Below the pieces are notes generated by a model. That model saw nothing but the letters and a program-made list of their open reading frames with translations, had not been told where the DNA came from and did not search any database. From NCBI GenBank assembly GCA_044225505.1, contig JBGAIN010000025.1, positions 51,280-71,279 of the forward strand: a DNA stretch of 20,000 nucleotides, read 5' to 3'. This DNA is from Limisphaerales bacterium. GTDB taxonomy: Bacteria > Verrucomicrobiota > Verrucomicrobiia > Limisphaerales > SIBE01. A program made the translations under genes and the position numbers. This document shows positions 1-8,898 of the stretch, in pieces (the first letter of the stretch is position 1; each line of letters begins with the position of its first letter).

Positions 1-17
1 GAGCGTCGCGGCGGAAA

Positions 18-93
18 GCTGTAGGGGGCAACAGCACTCCAAAACCTGGCGGAGTTAGGGGCGCTTAGTGGATGCGCGCCAGCGTCTTGGAGT
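18..93. repeat. REP-like imperfect palindromic element
   Basis: ACTCCAAAACCTGGCG (36-51) is the inverted complement of CGCCAGCGTCTTGGAGT (77-93), with one mismatch and one gap. A small GCTGT/ACAGC stem lies at 18-35. The element is intergenic. Confidence 0.6.
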
Positions 94-174
94 CCACAGA
101 ACAGCTGGCGCTCGAGCCGGTGAACGCACGGCCGACGCCTTTCGATTCGCTCAGCCTTCGATCCAAACGCAATG

Positions 175-242
175 CTCACGCACACCTGACTCGCTCACGA
201 GTGGGTCAAGGGTGTGTCAGGAGTGTGTGAACAGTGTGTCAG
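175..242. repeat. 22-bp unit in three imperfect copies (one inverted, two tandem direct)
   Basis: 199-220 GAGTGGGTCAAGGGTGTGTCAG and 221-242 GAGTGTGTGAACAGTGTGTCAG match at 18/22. The reverse complement of 175-196 matches the first copy at 16/22. Confidence 0.55.
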
Positions 243-421
243 CTCCGAATGAAGAGCGAAAGTAGGGTGAGCAGGGAAGGGCTGGGGGAGAGGCTGCTTT
301 TGAGGGTTATGCCCGAGGTTAGCGCAGGATCGCCACCGCGAGCGCTGGAGAATCTACAACAGCTTGTTCCAAAGCCGCTTCAGAGGCAGGCGGTCTCCGT
401 CGGGAGCGGCCGCCCGGCGGG

Positions 422-2344
422 TCAGCCTTCCAGCTCCGTCAGGCGATGCGCTTCTGTTTCCCATTCCGCCCCAAGCTCTTTCAAACGGCTTACCACGTCC
501 GAAAGTTGTCGGGTGATCTCCGCTCCTCGGCCTTGGATTTGATAGGTCTCCGGATTCTCCAGTTCTGCCGTGAGTTCCGTTTGCTCTCCTTCGAGTTTGG
601 AGATCTCCTTCTCGATCGCCGACACTCGGTCTTGCTGGGCCTTACGCTCGCGATACCGGACCTGGCGCTGCTCGGCTTCCAGGCGCTTTTGTTCTTTCTT
701 GGCGCTGGGGCGAGAGGATTCATCGGCGAGCGACCCGTTGCGGTCAGGTTTTACGAAAGCTTCCTCGGCGGCCCGGAGGGCTGCGGTTTTATCCAGGTAA
801 TACTGATATTCGCCTGGGTAGGGGGTGAGTTGTCCGGACTGCACATGAACGACATGATTGGCGATGGCGCGGATGAAATAGACGTCGTGGCTAATGAAAA
901 TCAGCGTGCCTTCAAACTGCTCCAGAGCAGCAATCAAGGCTTCGATGCTGGCCATGTCCAGGTGGGTCGTCGGCTCGTCCATCAGCAGCAGGTTGGGAGG
1001 ATCGAGCAGCAGTTTCACGAGAGCCAAGCGCGTCTTCTCTCCACCGCTAAGAACGCTTACTCGCTTGAAGACGTCGTCTCCGCGGAATAGAAAGCAGCCC
1101 AAAACATTCCGAATGAAGGTTTCGGTAACACGCTGAGGGGTATCGAGGGCTTCCTCAAGAACCGTATGGGCCAGGTTCAGGTTCTCAACACGATGCTGCG
1201 CAAAATAACCGAACTTGACGTTGTGACCGAGGATTCGCTCGCCCGATTGACAGGGAACAACTCCGGCTAGCAGTTTGAGCAGGGTGGATTTGCCAGATCC
1301 GTTCGGACCCACCAGCACGATGCGTTGACCGCGTTCCGCCTGAAAGTTCAATCCGCGGTAGACGGCAATCTGGCCGTAAGACTGGTCGACGTCTTTGAGC
1401 GTGATCACGCGCTGGCCACTGCGCATGGGCTGGGGGAATTTGAAATCGATCTCGGAGTCTTCACCGACGGGCGCCTCAATCTTTTCCATGCGCTCGATCT
1501 GCTTGAGCTTGCTCTGGGCTTGGGCCGCTTTGGTATTCTTGGCGCGAAACCTTTCGACGAACCGCATCAGTTGGGCAATTTCCCGCTGCTGGTTTTTGTA
1601 AGCGGCGCTGAGCTGTTCCTCCTGCGCTGCCCGTTGCTCGAGATAAGAATCGTAATTGCCGCGATAGCGCCACAATCGGCCCTGGCGAAGTTCTATGATG
1701 CTCCCAACCAATTCGTTCAGGAAGGCCCGATCATGAGAGATCAGCAAAATGGCGCCCGGATAGTTGCGCAGGAATGCTTGCAGCCACAAGAGCGCTTCCA
1801 GGTCGAGATGGTTGGTCGGTTCGTCCAGCATGAGCAAGTCCGGCTCTTGCACGAGCAAGCGGGCCAAGTGCGCCCGCATGATCCAGCCACCGCTCAATTC
1901 GCGGGAGGGACGATCAAAGTCTTTTTCTCGAAACCCGAGTCCGCGCAGCAGTTTCTTCGCCTTCGGCTCAAGCTCATACCCTTGGCCCTCGTCGTGGGCC
2001 GAGTGGTCCGAATGAAGCGCACCGTCGACCGTGTTGGGATCGCCCGCAGCGCGGTGAATGTCGTGACTGATCTGGAGCGTGGAAGATGTTGCCAATTCCA
2101 GAATGGTCTTCTCTGTTGGAGGCAAGGTTTCCTGGGGCAGAAAGCCAACCGTCATACCTCGTTGGAGCGAGATAGATCCGTCGTCCGGCGTGTCCCGTTC
2201 CAGGATCAGACTAAACAACGTTGATTTACCCGCTCCGTTTGGCCCAACCAGGCCGATTCGATCCCCGCGATTCACCTGCAACGACACCTCTTCGAAAAGC
2301 GCGCGTCCGGCGAAAGCTTTGGAAACACCTGCAATACTCAGCAT
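422..2344 (-). CDS. ABC-F family ATP-binding protein (YheS/YdiF/Uup-like ribosome-associated ATPase)
   Basis: 640 aa with two ABC domains (GPNGAGKST/LSGGW/LLMLDEPTNHLD and GPNGSGKST/LSGGE/LLLMDEPTTHLD). It has a helical linker (FVERFRAKNTKAAQAQSKLKQ), a C-terminal coiled coil and no transmembrane segments. Confidence 0.95.
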   Translation of the reverse strand: MLSIAGVSKAFAGRALFEEVSLQVNRGDRIGLVGPNGAGKSTLFSLILERDTPDDGSISLQRGMTVGFLPQETLPPTEKTILELATSSTLQISHDIHRAAGDPNTVDGALHSDHSAHDEGQGYELEPKAKKLLRGLGFREKDFDRPSRELSGGWIMRAHLARLLVQEPDLLMLDEPTNHLDLEALLWLQAFLRNYPGAILLISHDRAFLNELVGSIIELRQGRLWRYRGNYDSYLEQRAAQEEQLSAAYKNQQREIAQLMRFVERFRAKNTKAAQAQSKLKQIERMEKIEAPVGEDSEIDFKFPQPMRSGQRVITLKDVDQSYGQIAVYRGLNFQAERGQRIVLVGPNGSGKSTLLKLLAGVVPCQSGERILGHNVKFGYFAQHRVENLNLAHTVLEEALDTPQRVTETFIRNVLGCFLFRGDDVFKRVSVLSGGEKTRLALVKLLLDPPNLLLMDEPTTHLDMASIEALIAALEQFEGTLIFISHDVYFIRAIANHVVHVQSGQLTPYPGEYQYYLDKTAALRAAEEAFVKPDRNGSLADESSRPSAKKEQKRLEAEQRQVRYRERKAQQDRVSAIEKEISKLEGEQTELTAELENPETYQIQGRGAEITRQLSDVVSRLKELGAEWETEAHRLTELEG

Positions 2345-2355
2345 AAAGACCGCGC

Positions 2356-2385
2356 ACTATGGCCGACCTGGAACACCTTGTGCAA
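2356..2385 (-). promoter_or_regulatory. Candidate sigma-70 promoter of the ABC-F gene (very short leader)
   Basis: The minus strand reads TTGCAC-N18-CATAGT, ending 11 nt before the ATG. No Shine-Dalgarno sequence is visible. Confidence 0.3.
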
Positions 2386-2754
2386 GTGGAAGCGATCAAG
2401 TCCTAAACTTGAGGCAGGGAGCCAACTCGTTTCCGACAAGGGATGGAGAGACGCGGCGCTTGCTCTGACCGTAAAACCCGGAAATTGGAGACAATTTGTT
2501 CCCATGCATGACTCGTTGAATGGCAGTAAGTTGCGGCAAATCAGCGCTTTATTTGCGTCGTTTGTATGACGCTCGTGCTTACGTGCCCAGACGGCCAATG
2601 GATGGGTCGGGCGACGTGGGGGGTCGCGATTTGGGAGGCGCGCCCGTGTTGGTTTCCAGATAGGTGCCGCTTAACTGATTCAAATCGGAACGGAAAGCGC
2701 CGGCCTGAACAGGAAAAGCTTTCCGGGAAATTCCGTCGGCATCAACATGGTGCG

Positions 2755-3513
2755 GTGCGCGAGCCAGGTGATAACACGATCGGGAAACGTCCTCAACCGG
2801 CGGCCGGTGTGTTTGCAACCACGCACTGGAGCGTAGTATTGACCGCTGGCGGTGGAGAATCCCCTCAGTCTCATGCGGCATTGGAGAAGCTGTGCCATGC
2901 CTACTGGTATCCGCTCTATGCCTACGTCAGGCGGAAAGGATACGATGCGCATGCCGCACAAGACTTAACTCAGGAGTTCTTCGCACGATTGCTGACTCGG
3001 AATTATTTGGGTGTCGCGGACCGTAACCGGGGCAAGTTCCGCTCCTTTCTCCTCGGTTCGTTGGAGCATTTTTTGGCTCGCGAATGGACTAAGGCTCACG
3101 CCCAAAAGCGCGGCGGCGGTCACGCGCCCTTTACCCTCGATGCCTTGGATGCCGAGGATCGCTACCACCTGGAACCGGTCGATGAGTTGACACCGGACAA
3201 AATCTTCGACCGACGCTGGGCGACCATCCTGTTGGAATGCGCGATGCGCCGCTTGCGCGATGAATGCGCCGCGAATAACAAGCAAGAGTTGTTTAAGCGG
3301 GTGGAGGGCTTGCTGTCCGGGGAAAAGGGCGAGGCTTCCTATTCAGAAATCGCCGTAACTCTGGGAATGACTGAGGGGGCGCTCAAACTAGCGGTGCATC
3401 GTCTGCGCCAACGTTACGGCGCTTTGGTGCGCGACGAAATCGCACAAACGGTCGCCACTACGGAGGAGGCGGACGAGGAACTGAGCCATTTACTCGCCGT
3501 GCTGCGCGGCTGA
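2755..3513 (+). CDS. ECF-type sigma-70 factor, Ser/Thr-kinase-associated type
   Basis: Region 2 is LEKLCHAYWYPLYAYVRRKG..AQDLTQEFF..GKFRSFL and the region 4 HTH is SYSEIAVTLGMTEGALKLAVHRLRQRY. An N-terminal FATTHWSVV motif is present. The ORF is open from 2566, but the first ~63 codons do not look sigma-like, so GTG 2755 is my preferred (uncertain) start. Confidence 0.9.
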   Translation: MREPGDNTIGKRPQPAAGVFATTHWSVVLTAGGGESPQSHAALEKLCHAYWYPLYAYVRRKGYDAHAAQDLTQEFFARLLTRNYLGVADRNRGKFRSFLLGSLEHFLAREWTKAHAQKRGGGHAPFTLDALDAEDRYHLEPVDELTPDKIFDRRWATILLECAMRRLRDECAANNKQELFKRVEGLLSGEKGEASYSEIAVTLGMTEGALKLAVHRLRQRYGALVRDEIAQTVATTEEADEELSHLLAVLRG

Positions 3514-3520
3514 AACAATG

Positions 3521-3548
3521 TGTGACCTTGACTCCGAAAAGGAGCAAT
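3521..3548 (+). promoter_or_regulatory. Candidate ECF promoter, copy 1 (GTGACC-N16-GCAAT), upstream of the kinase
   Basis: TGTGACCTTGACTCCGAAAAGGAGCAAT matches 6410-6437 at 18/28 without gaps and with identical spacing. Confidence 0.45.
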
Positions 3549-3732
3549 CTGGGGGTGAACAGTCCAACACGCCAGCGAGCAATAAAAACCATCAAACGAA
3601 CGAGTCAGTGATTCTGCCTGCCTCAGACAATGCGCAGATCTTCCGGGGGCGTCGGCCGGGAACTTCCGTGACGAATCTTTCACCGGTTGCATGCTTGGCT
3701 GAGGTGCGCGCCGGGCGCTCGGTTGGGAACCC

Positions 3733-6288
3733 ATGCGAACGGTAAGGACATGTCCGCAGTGTGGGGCAAAATCCTTGGGGGATGGGCCGGCGGGGAGTTG
3801 TCCCGCTTGCTTGCTGGGCCTAGCTTTCGATAGGAGTGCGAAGGCTGACGAGGTGGATTCCAACAGAACTGCTGATCAAGAATCGCAATCCAAGAGGTCC
3901 ATCATCCGCTATTTCGGCGACTACGAACTCACCGAGGAAATCGCGCGGGGCGGGATGGGCGTGGTTTATCGCGCGCGGCAGGTTAGTTTAAATCGGCCCA
4001 TCGCGCTGAAGATGATTCTCGCGGGGCAACTGGCCACGCCAGCAGCGAAACAGCGCTTTCATACGGAAGCCGAAGCGGCCGCCCGGCTTGATCATCCTCA
4101 CATCGTTCCCATTTACGAAATCGGCGAGCACGACGGCCAGCATTACTTCAGTATGAAGTTGATCGATGGCGGGACGCTGGCCGACTGGATTGCGACGGGC
4201 CGACGCCCAGTGAACGAAGCGGCAGGTCTCTTGGAAAAGATCGCGCGCGCGGTGCATTACGCGCATCAGCGCGGGATTCTTCATCGCGATTTGAAGCCCA
4301 CGAATATCTTGCTCGACCAGAGAGGCGAGCCGCATGTCACCGACTTCGGCCTGGCGAAACTGGCGGAGGACGAGTCGGGCCTGACCGTCACTGGCCAGAT
4401 TCTTGGCACGCCAGGTTTCATGTCGCCTGAACAAGCGGGGGGACCCCAAGGCGCAGTCACCATCGCCAGCGATGTCTATTCGCTCGGCGCGGTGCTCTGC
4501 TTTCTCCTCACGGGGCGTCCGCCGTTTGCCGCCGAGTCTTTGTCCGAAACTCTGCGCCAGGTTCACGAACTGGAGCCCGCCTGCCCGTCTCGGCTTAATC
4601 CTTCGGTCCCGCAGGACCTCGACACGATCTGCCTCAAATGCCTGAGCAAGGACCCGTCTCGCCGTTACGACTCCGCCCAGGCCCTGGCCGACGACCTTGG
4701 CCACTTTCTGAACGGTGAACCCATTGACGCCCGCCCCACCGGATCGATGGAGAAGCTCTGGCGCTGGTGCCTGCGAGAGCCTGCCCTCGCGTCCGCTCTC
4801 GCCCTGACCTTCCTGCTCCTGCTCACCGTGGCGATCGGGTCCTCCCTGGCCGCCGCGCGCATTGCGCGCGAGCGCGAGCGCGCCGAGGCTCAAGCCAGGA
4901 AGAGCCAGCGGGTCTCCCAATTCTTGACGGACATGATTCAGGGCATCCAGCCCGAACGCGCCTTGGGCCGGGATGTATCCGTCATGCGCGAAATTCTAGA
5001 TCAAGCGGAGAAGCGCTTCGACTCGGAGTTGAAGGGCTTGCCCGAAGTGGAAGCGGAACTGCGCGATACCATCGGTTCCACGTATCATCAACTCTTGGAC
5101 TTTCCGAAAGCGGAGGCGATGCATCGCGAGGCTCTGCGCCTGCGCCTAGCCAATTTGGGCGAGACCCATCCCGATACGCTCGAGACGATGTTTCATTTGG
5201 TGCTCGATCTGTGGTATCTCACCGAGCCGCAAGGGCAGCATCCTGAATTTGCCCCGCTCCTGCGGCGGACGTTCCAACGGCACGTTCAGGCACACGGATC
5301 CAACGACGTTCGGGCCGCGCAACTCATCGGATGGCTGGGCCTGACCTTAGGAACACCGGCTGAAACCGAGGCCGCTCTGCGGAGAGCGCTGGGAATCTTG
5401 GAAAGTCTTCATGCGACCAATGACAACGTTTACGGCTCGACTCTAAGCACTCTGGGAATGGTTGCCCGCCATCAGGACCGTTTTTCCGAAGCGGAGTCCT
5501 TCGGGTCCCGTGCCGTGGCCATGTATCGGCGTTTGCTGGGCGACGCCCATCCGTCCACGGGGCATGCCTTATATGAACTGGCGCTGACATTGCGGGACGC
5601 TGGTAAACTTGAGGCGGCTGAGGCCGCCGCGCGCGAGGCCTGGCAAGTCCGCCAGCGTCTCTACGGGGCGACGAACGGAGCCGTGCTTGTCGTCTTGTCT
5701 CTCGCGGCTAGTACTGCGTTTGAACGCGGAGACTTCGCCCGCGCTGATGCGCTGCTGGCCGATGCCCCCTTACATGCCATCACAAAGACAACCGGACGAC
5801 AGTTCGGCGGAGAGGAAGAACGGTTCTGGCTGGTGCGGACTTTAATCGGCTTGGCCTGGCGTCAGCACGAGCAGTCAAACACTACCCGCGCCTGCCGATA
5901 CGCGCACGATGCCGAATCGCTGGGCCGCTCGGCCTTTGCCTTGCGCCTCCAAGACGAGGGGTGCCCCGCTTGGCGCCGGGCGAATGCCTGCACCCTGTTA
6001 GGTGGAGCGCTGGCCAGCGTCGCTACCATGGACACCAACGCCAGCCCGGCCGTTCGTATCGCTAAACTTACCGAAGCAGAGCCTCTTTTGACGGACGGTT
6101 ACGCCAAGCTCGAAACAGCCAGCGAGTTGGTTGGCGCTGGTCGTCGGCGCGCCCTGAGCGAAACCGCGACTTACCTTTTACAGATGTACCGGACTTGGGC
6201 CACCCTCGCCCCCGACGATCCCCACGCCGAGCAAGCCGCCACCTGGCGCGCAAAGCTGGCTGCAGTAAGCGCAGACCCCGGGAAGTAA
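3733..6288 (+). CDS. Hanks-type Ser/Thr protein kinase with N-terminal Cys motif, one TM helix and TPR-like C-terminal region
   Basis: CPQC..CPAC at the N-terminus, followed by kinase motifs [38 protein letters not shown] and SDVYSLG. A hydrophobic segment ([19 protein letters not shown], ~4783-4855) precedes TPR-like helices such as [20 protein letters not shown] and [16 protein letters not shown]. Confidence 0.95.
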   Translation: MRTVRTCPQCGAKSLGDGPAGSCPACLLGLAFDRSAKADEVDSNRTADQESQSKRSIIRYFGDYELTEEIARGGMGVVYRARQVSLNRPIALKMILAGQLATPAAKQRFHTEAEAAARLDHPHIVPIYEIGEHDGQHYFSMKLIDGGTLADWIATGRRPVNEAAGLLEKIARAVHYAHQRGILHRDLKPTNILLDQRGEPHVTDFGLAKLAEDESGLTVTGQILGTPGFMSPEQAGGPQGAVTIASDVYSLGAVLCFLLTGRPPFAAESLSETLRQVHELEPACPSRLNPSVPQDLDTICLKCLSKDPSRRYDSAQALADDLGHFLNGEPIDARPTGSMEKLWRWCLREPALASALALTFLLLLTVAIGSSLAAARIARERERAEAQARKSQRVSQFLTDMIQGIQPERALGRDVSVMREILDQAEKRFDSELKGLPEVEAELRDTIGSTYHQLLDFPKAEAMHREALRLRLANLGETHPDTLETMFHLVLDLWYLTEPQGQHPEFAPLLRRTFQRHVQAHGSNDVRAAQLIGWLGLTLGTPAETEAALRRALGILESLHATNDNVYGSTLSTLGMVARHQDRFSEAESFGSRAVAMYRRLLGDAHPSTGHALYELALTLRDAGKLEAAEAAAREAWQVRQRLYGATNGAVLVVLSLAASTAFERGDFARADALLADAPLHAITKTTGRQFGGEEERFWLVRTLIGLAWRQHEQSNTTRACRYAHDAESLGRSAFALRLQDEGCPAWRRANACTLLGGALASVATMDTNASPAVRIAKLTEAEPLLTDGYAKLETASELVGAGRRRALSETATYLLQMYRTWATLAPDDPHAEQAATWRAKLAAVSADPGK

Positions 6289-6376
6289 TTGGGCCGCATA
6301 GAGGCCGAAGTGTGTTTCGATAAGCAACCTGGGCGAGAAAGCCCAACGGCATGATGTTGGGCCGGCCCGCCAGTTA

Positions 6377-6386
6377 CCCCCCCCCC
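6377..6386. repeat. C10 homopolymer tract
   Basis: Ten consecutive C residues lie between the kinase stop and the NHL gene. Confidence 0.9.
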
Positions 6387-6409
6387 AGGGAGAATGATGC
6401 AGAATTTTC

Positions 6410-6437
6410 TGTAACCTTTCCTTCGCGATTAAGCAGT
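6410..6437 (+). promoter_or_regulatory. Candidate ECF promoter, copy 2 (GTAACC-N16-GCAGT), upstream of the NHL pair
   Basis: TGTAACCTTTCCTTCGCGATTAAGCAGT contains the AAC core typical of ECF -35 elements and ends 39 nt before the GTG at 6477. Confidence 0.5.
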
Positions 6438-6476
6438 AACGAAGTGAATAACCAAGTTCACCTGAGGAACTGCATC

Positions 6477-8837
6477 GTGAAAAACATATACTCTGCAATC
6501 ACTGGAATCGTGCTCGGAGCCATGACGATTTCCCGCGGCGTCGCTCAATCCAATGACGAGCCTTACACCTTCACCACGCTCGCTGGGAGCGGCGGGTCCA
6601 ACCGTGTGGAAATGCCCGGGAAAGCAGCGCGCTTCCGCGATGCGACCACCGTAGCCGTGGACGGAGCGGGCAATCTCTATATCGCCGAACAAGGCAACCA
6701 TATCATCAGCAAAGTAACGCCCGATGGCGTCGTGACGACTTTCGCCGGACGGCCAGGGACGGCCGGCACCGCCGACGGGACGGGAAGCAATGCCCGTTTC
6801 AGCGGCCCTTCCGCTGCGGTCGTCGATAGCGCGGGTAATGTCTACGTGGCGGACACCTTCAACTCTACCATACGCAGGATATCACCCGCAGGAGAAGTGA
6901 CGACCCTCGCGGGATCGGCTGGAAACTTTGGCAGTGCGGATGGGACTGGCAGCGCGGCGCGGTTCAATGCCCCTTTTGGGATGGGAGTTGATAATTCAGG
7001 GAACGTTTATGTGGGTGATTCCGACAATCATACCATCCGGAAGTTGACGCAGGTCGGCACGAATTGGGTGGTGACGACTTTGGCTGGGCGAGCGGGGGTT
7101 TCAGGCGTCATCGATGGGGTTGGGAGCGCAGCACGGTTTAATTTCCCAGGCCCGATTGTCGCGGACAAGGAGGGCAACCTCTACGTTGGCGATGGATATG
7201 GCCACACCATCCGCAAACTGGCGCCGGCTGGAACCAACTGGGTTGTCTCGACCATTGCTGGACGAGCAGGAGTGCGCGGGACTGCGGACGGAACGGGGAG
7301 AGATGCGCGCTTTAGTGAGCCTGGCGGTCTGGCATTCGACAGCGCCGGGAACCTATTTGTGGCTGAGTTCCGCAATCATACCGTCCGTAAACTGGCCCCG
7401 GAGGGAACGAACTGGGTTGTGACGACGGTAGCGGGATTAGGAGGCCAGGCCGGCAGCGCGGACGGGATGAACAGTGAAGCGAGGTTCAATGTTGCTTCTG
7501 GCTTAGCGATCGACAGCGCGGACCATGTTTACGTGATGGACTTAGGTAACGGCTTGATTCGCAAAATCGCGTTGACCGGCACGAACTGGGTCGTGACGAC
7601 GTTCGCCGGGGTTGGGGCGACTTTCGGGAGCGGGAACGGCGCGGGAGCGGATAGCCGATTCTATGGCCCGGCAAGCGTGGCGGTGAGCAGCTCAGGGAGT
7701 CTTTACGTGGCGGACAGTATAAATCACACGATCCGAAGTGTGACCACGGGCTCCGGAACGGTCATGACCCTGGCCGGACAAGCGGGCTATGCCGGGAGCA
7801 CCAATGGCACCAACAACGTGGCCCGCTTTAACGCTCCTTATGGCATCGCGGTGGACAACGCGGACAATGTCTATGTGGTGGAGACGCTCAATCACACCAT
7901 CCGCAAGCTTCACCCGAACGGCTCGGACTGGGTCGTGACCACCCTTGCGGGCGCGCCCGACCCCGAGGGGCCGGGCGGCAATGGTGGCAGCGCCGACGGA
8001 ATAGGCAGCGCCGCGCGATTTTCCTTTCCAAGAGGCTTAGCCATCGACGCCGCGGGTAATCTCTACGTGGCTGATTCCGGGAACAGCACGATCCGGAAAG
8101 TGACTGCTGCAGGGGCGGTGACAACGCGCGCTGGGAGCCCTGGAAAGTACGGAAGCACCGATGGCGTGGGCGGCGCCGCGCGGTTCAATAGCCCCAACGG
8201 TGTCGCCGTGGATAGCTCCACCAACCTCTACGTCGCCGATACGTTTAACCACACTATCCGCAAAATCACACCTGCCCGAGTGGTGTCGACATTGGCTGGG
8301 TTGGCCGGCAGTCCCGGCAGCGCGGACGGAATCGGGAGCGGCGCGCGTTTCGAGCTCCCTTCCAGTATCGCGGTTGATCCGGCTGGCAATCTCTATGTGG
8401 CGGACACTTACAACAACTCCATCCGAAAACTGACCCCTGTCGGGACAAACTGGGTCGTGACGACGCTGGGCGGCATGTCTGGCTTTTACGGCACCGCCGA
8501 TGGAGCCGGGAGCACCGCCCGATTCGGCAACCCGAGCGGGATCGCTGTCGATGCAAGTGGCACCCTCTACGTGGCGGATTTTTACTTTAACACCATCCGC
8601 AAGGGATACCCGCCGACGAGGCTCGCCAACCCCGGTTTTGAGGGCGGCCAATTCCGGATCGATCTCGTGGTGCCGCCGGTCCCGCCGGGCCAGTTGGCGA
8701 CGGTGATCATGGAATCTTCAACTGATCTTCTGCGCTGGGTTCCCATTGGGACTAACGCCCCGGGCAACGTGACCTTTATCGATTCATCGGCTGGCGTTCC
8801 CTTCAATCGCTTTTACCGCGCCCGGGTGCCGCAATGA
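6477..8837 (+). CDS. Secreted NHL-repeat protein (12 repeats, probably two 6-bladed beta-propellers) with ~70-aa C-terminal domain
   Basis: I count 12 copies of FxxPxGxAVDxxGNxYVADxxNxTIRK. GAGGA at 6464-6468 precedes GTG 6477, which gives a signal peptide (MKNIYSAITGIVLGAMTISRGVA|QS) parallel to the paralog's N-terminus. Confidence 0.9.
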   Translation: MKNIYSAITGIVLGAMTISRGVAQSNDEPYTFTTLAGSGGSNRVEMPGKAARFRDATTVAVDGAGNLYIAEQGNHIISKVTPDGVVTTFAGRPGTAGTADGTGSNARFSGPSAAVVDSAGNVYVADTFNSTIRRISPAGEVTTLAGSAGNFGSADGTGSAARFNAPFGMGVDNSGNVYVGDSDNHTIRKLTQVGTNWVVTTLAGRAGVSGVIDGVGSAARFNFPGPIVADKEGNLYVGDGYGHTIRKLAPAGTNWVVSTIAGRAGVRGTADGTGRDARFSEPGGLAFDSAGNLFVAEFRNHTVRKLAPEGTNWVVTTVAGLGGQAGSADGMNSEARFNVASGLAIDSADHVYVMDLGNGLIRKIALTGTNWVVTTFAGVGATFGSGNGAGADSRFYGPASVAVSSSGSLYVADSINHTIRSVTTGSGTVMTLAGQAGYAGSTNGTNNVARFNAPYGIAVDNADNVYVVETLNHTIRKLHPNGSDWVVTTLAGAPDPEGPGGNGGSADGIGSAARFSFPRGLAIDAAGNLYVADSGNSTIRKVTAAGAVTTRAGSPGKYGSTDGVGGAARFNSPNGVAVDSSTNLYVADTFNHTIRKITPARVVSTLAGLAGSPGSADGIGSGARFELPSSIAVDPAGNLYVADTYNNSIRKLTPVGTNWVVTTLGGMSGFYGTADGAGSTARFGNPSGIAVDASGTLYVADFYFNTIRKGYPPTRLANPGFEGGQFRIDLVVPPVPPGQLATVIMESSTDLLRWVPIGTNAPGNVTFIDSSAGVPFNRFYRARVPQ

Positions 8838-8898
8838 GCGGCGGTCGTCCTCAGGTCTGTCCGTCAATATCTCCAGAATCCCTCAGGAAAAAAAGACG

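Noticed and set aside
397..420. GC-rich stem immediately after the ABC-F stop, as an intrinsic terminator
   Set aside because: The stem has a mismatch on the transcribed strand and no U-tract follows.
2369..2384. TGGAAC-N5-GTGCA as a sigma-54 promoter for the ECF gene
   Set aside because: Both boxes deviate from consensus, and the site overlaps the candidate divergent sigma-70 promoter.
446..2468. Long plus-strand ORFs (214, 299 and 129 aa)
   Set aside because: They are antisense shadows of the ABC-F gene with no recognisable motifs.
2566..2754. 63-aa N-terminal extension of the sigma factor
   Set aside because: It is not domain-like; more likely an open frame upstream of the true start.
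3518..3745. 75-aa ORF between sigma and kinase as an anti-sigma factor
   Set aside because: No TM helix, no HxxxCxxC motif and no RBS; it overlaps the candidate promoter.
3988..4920. 310-aa minus-strand ORF
   Set aside because: It is an antisense shadow of the kinase domain.
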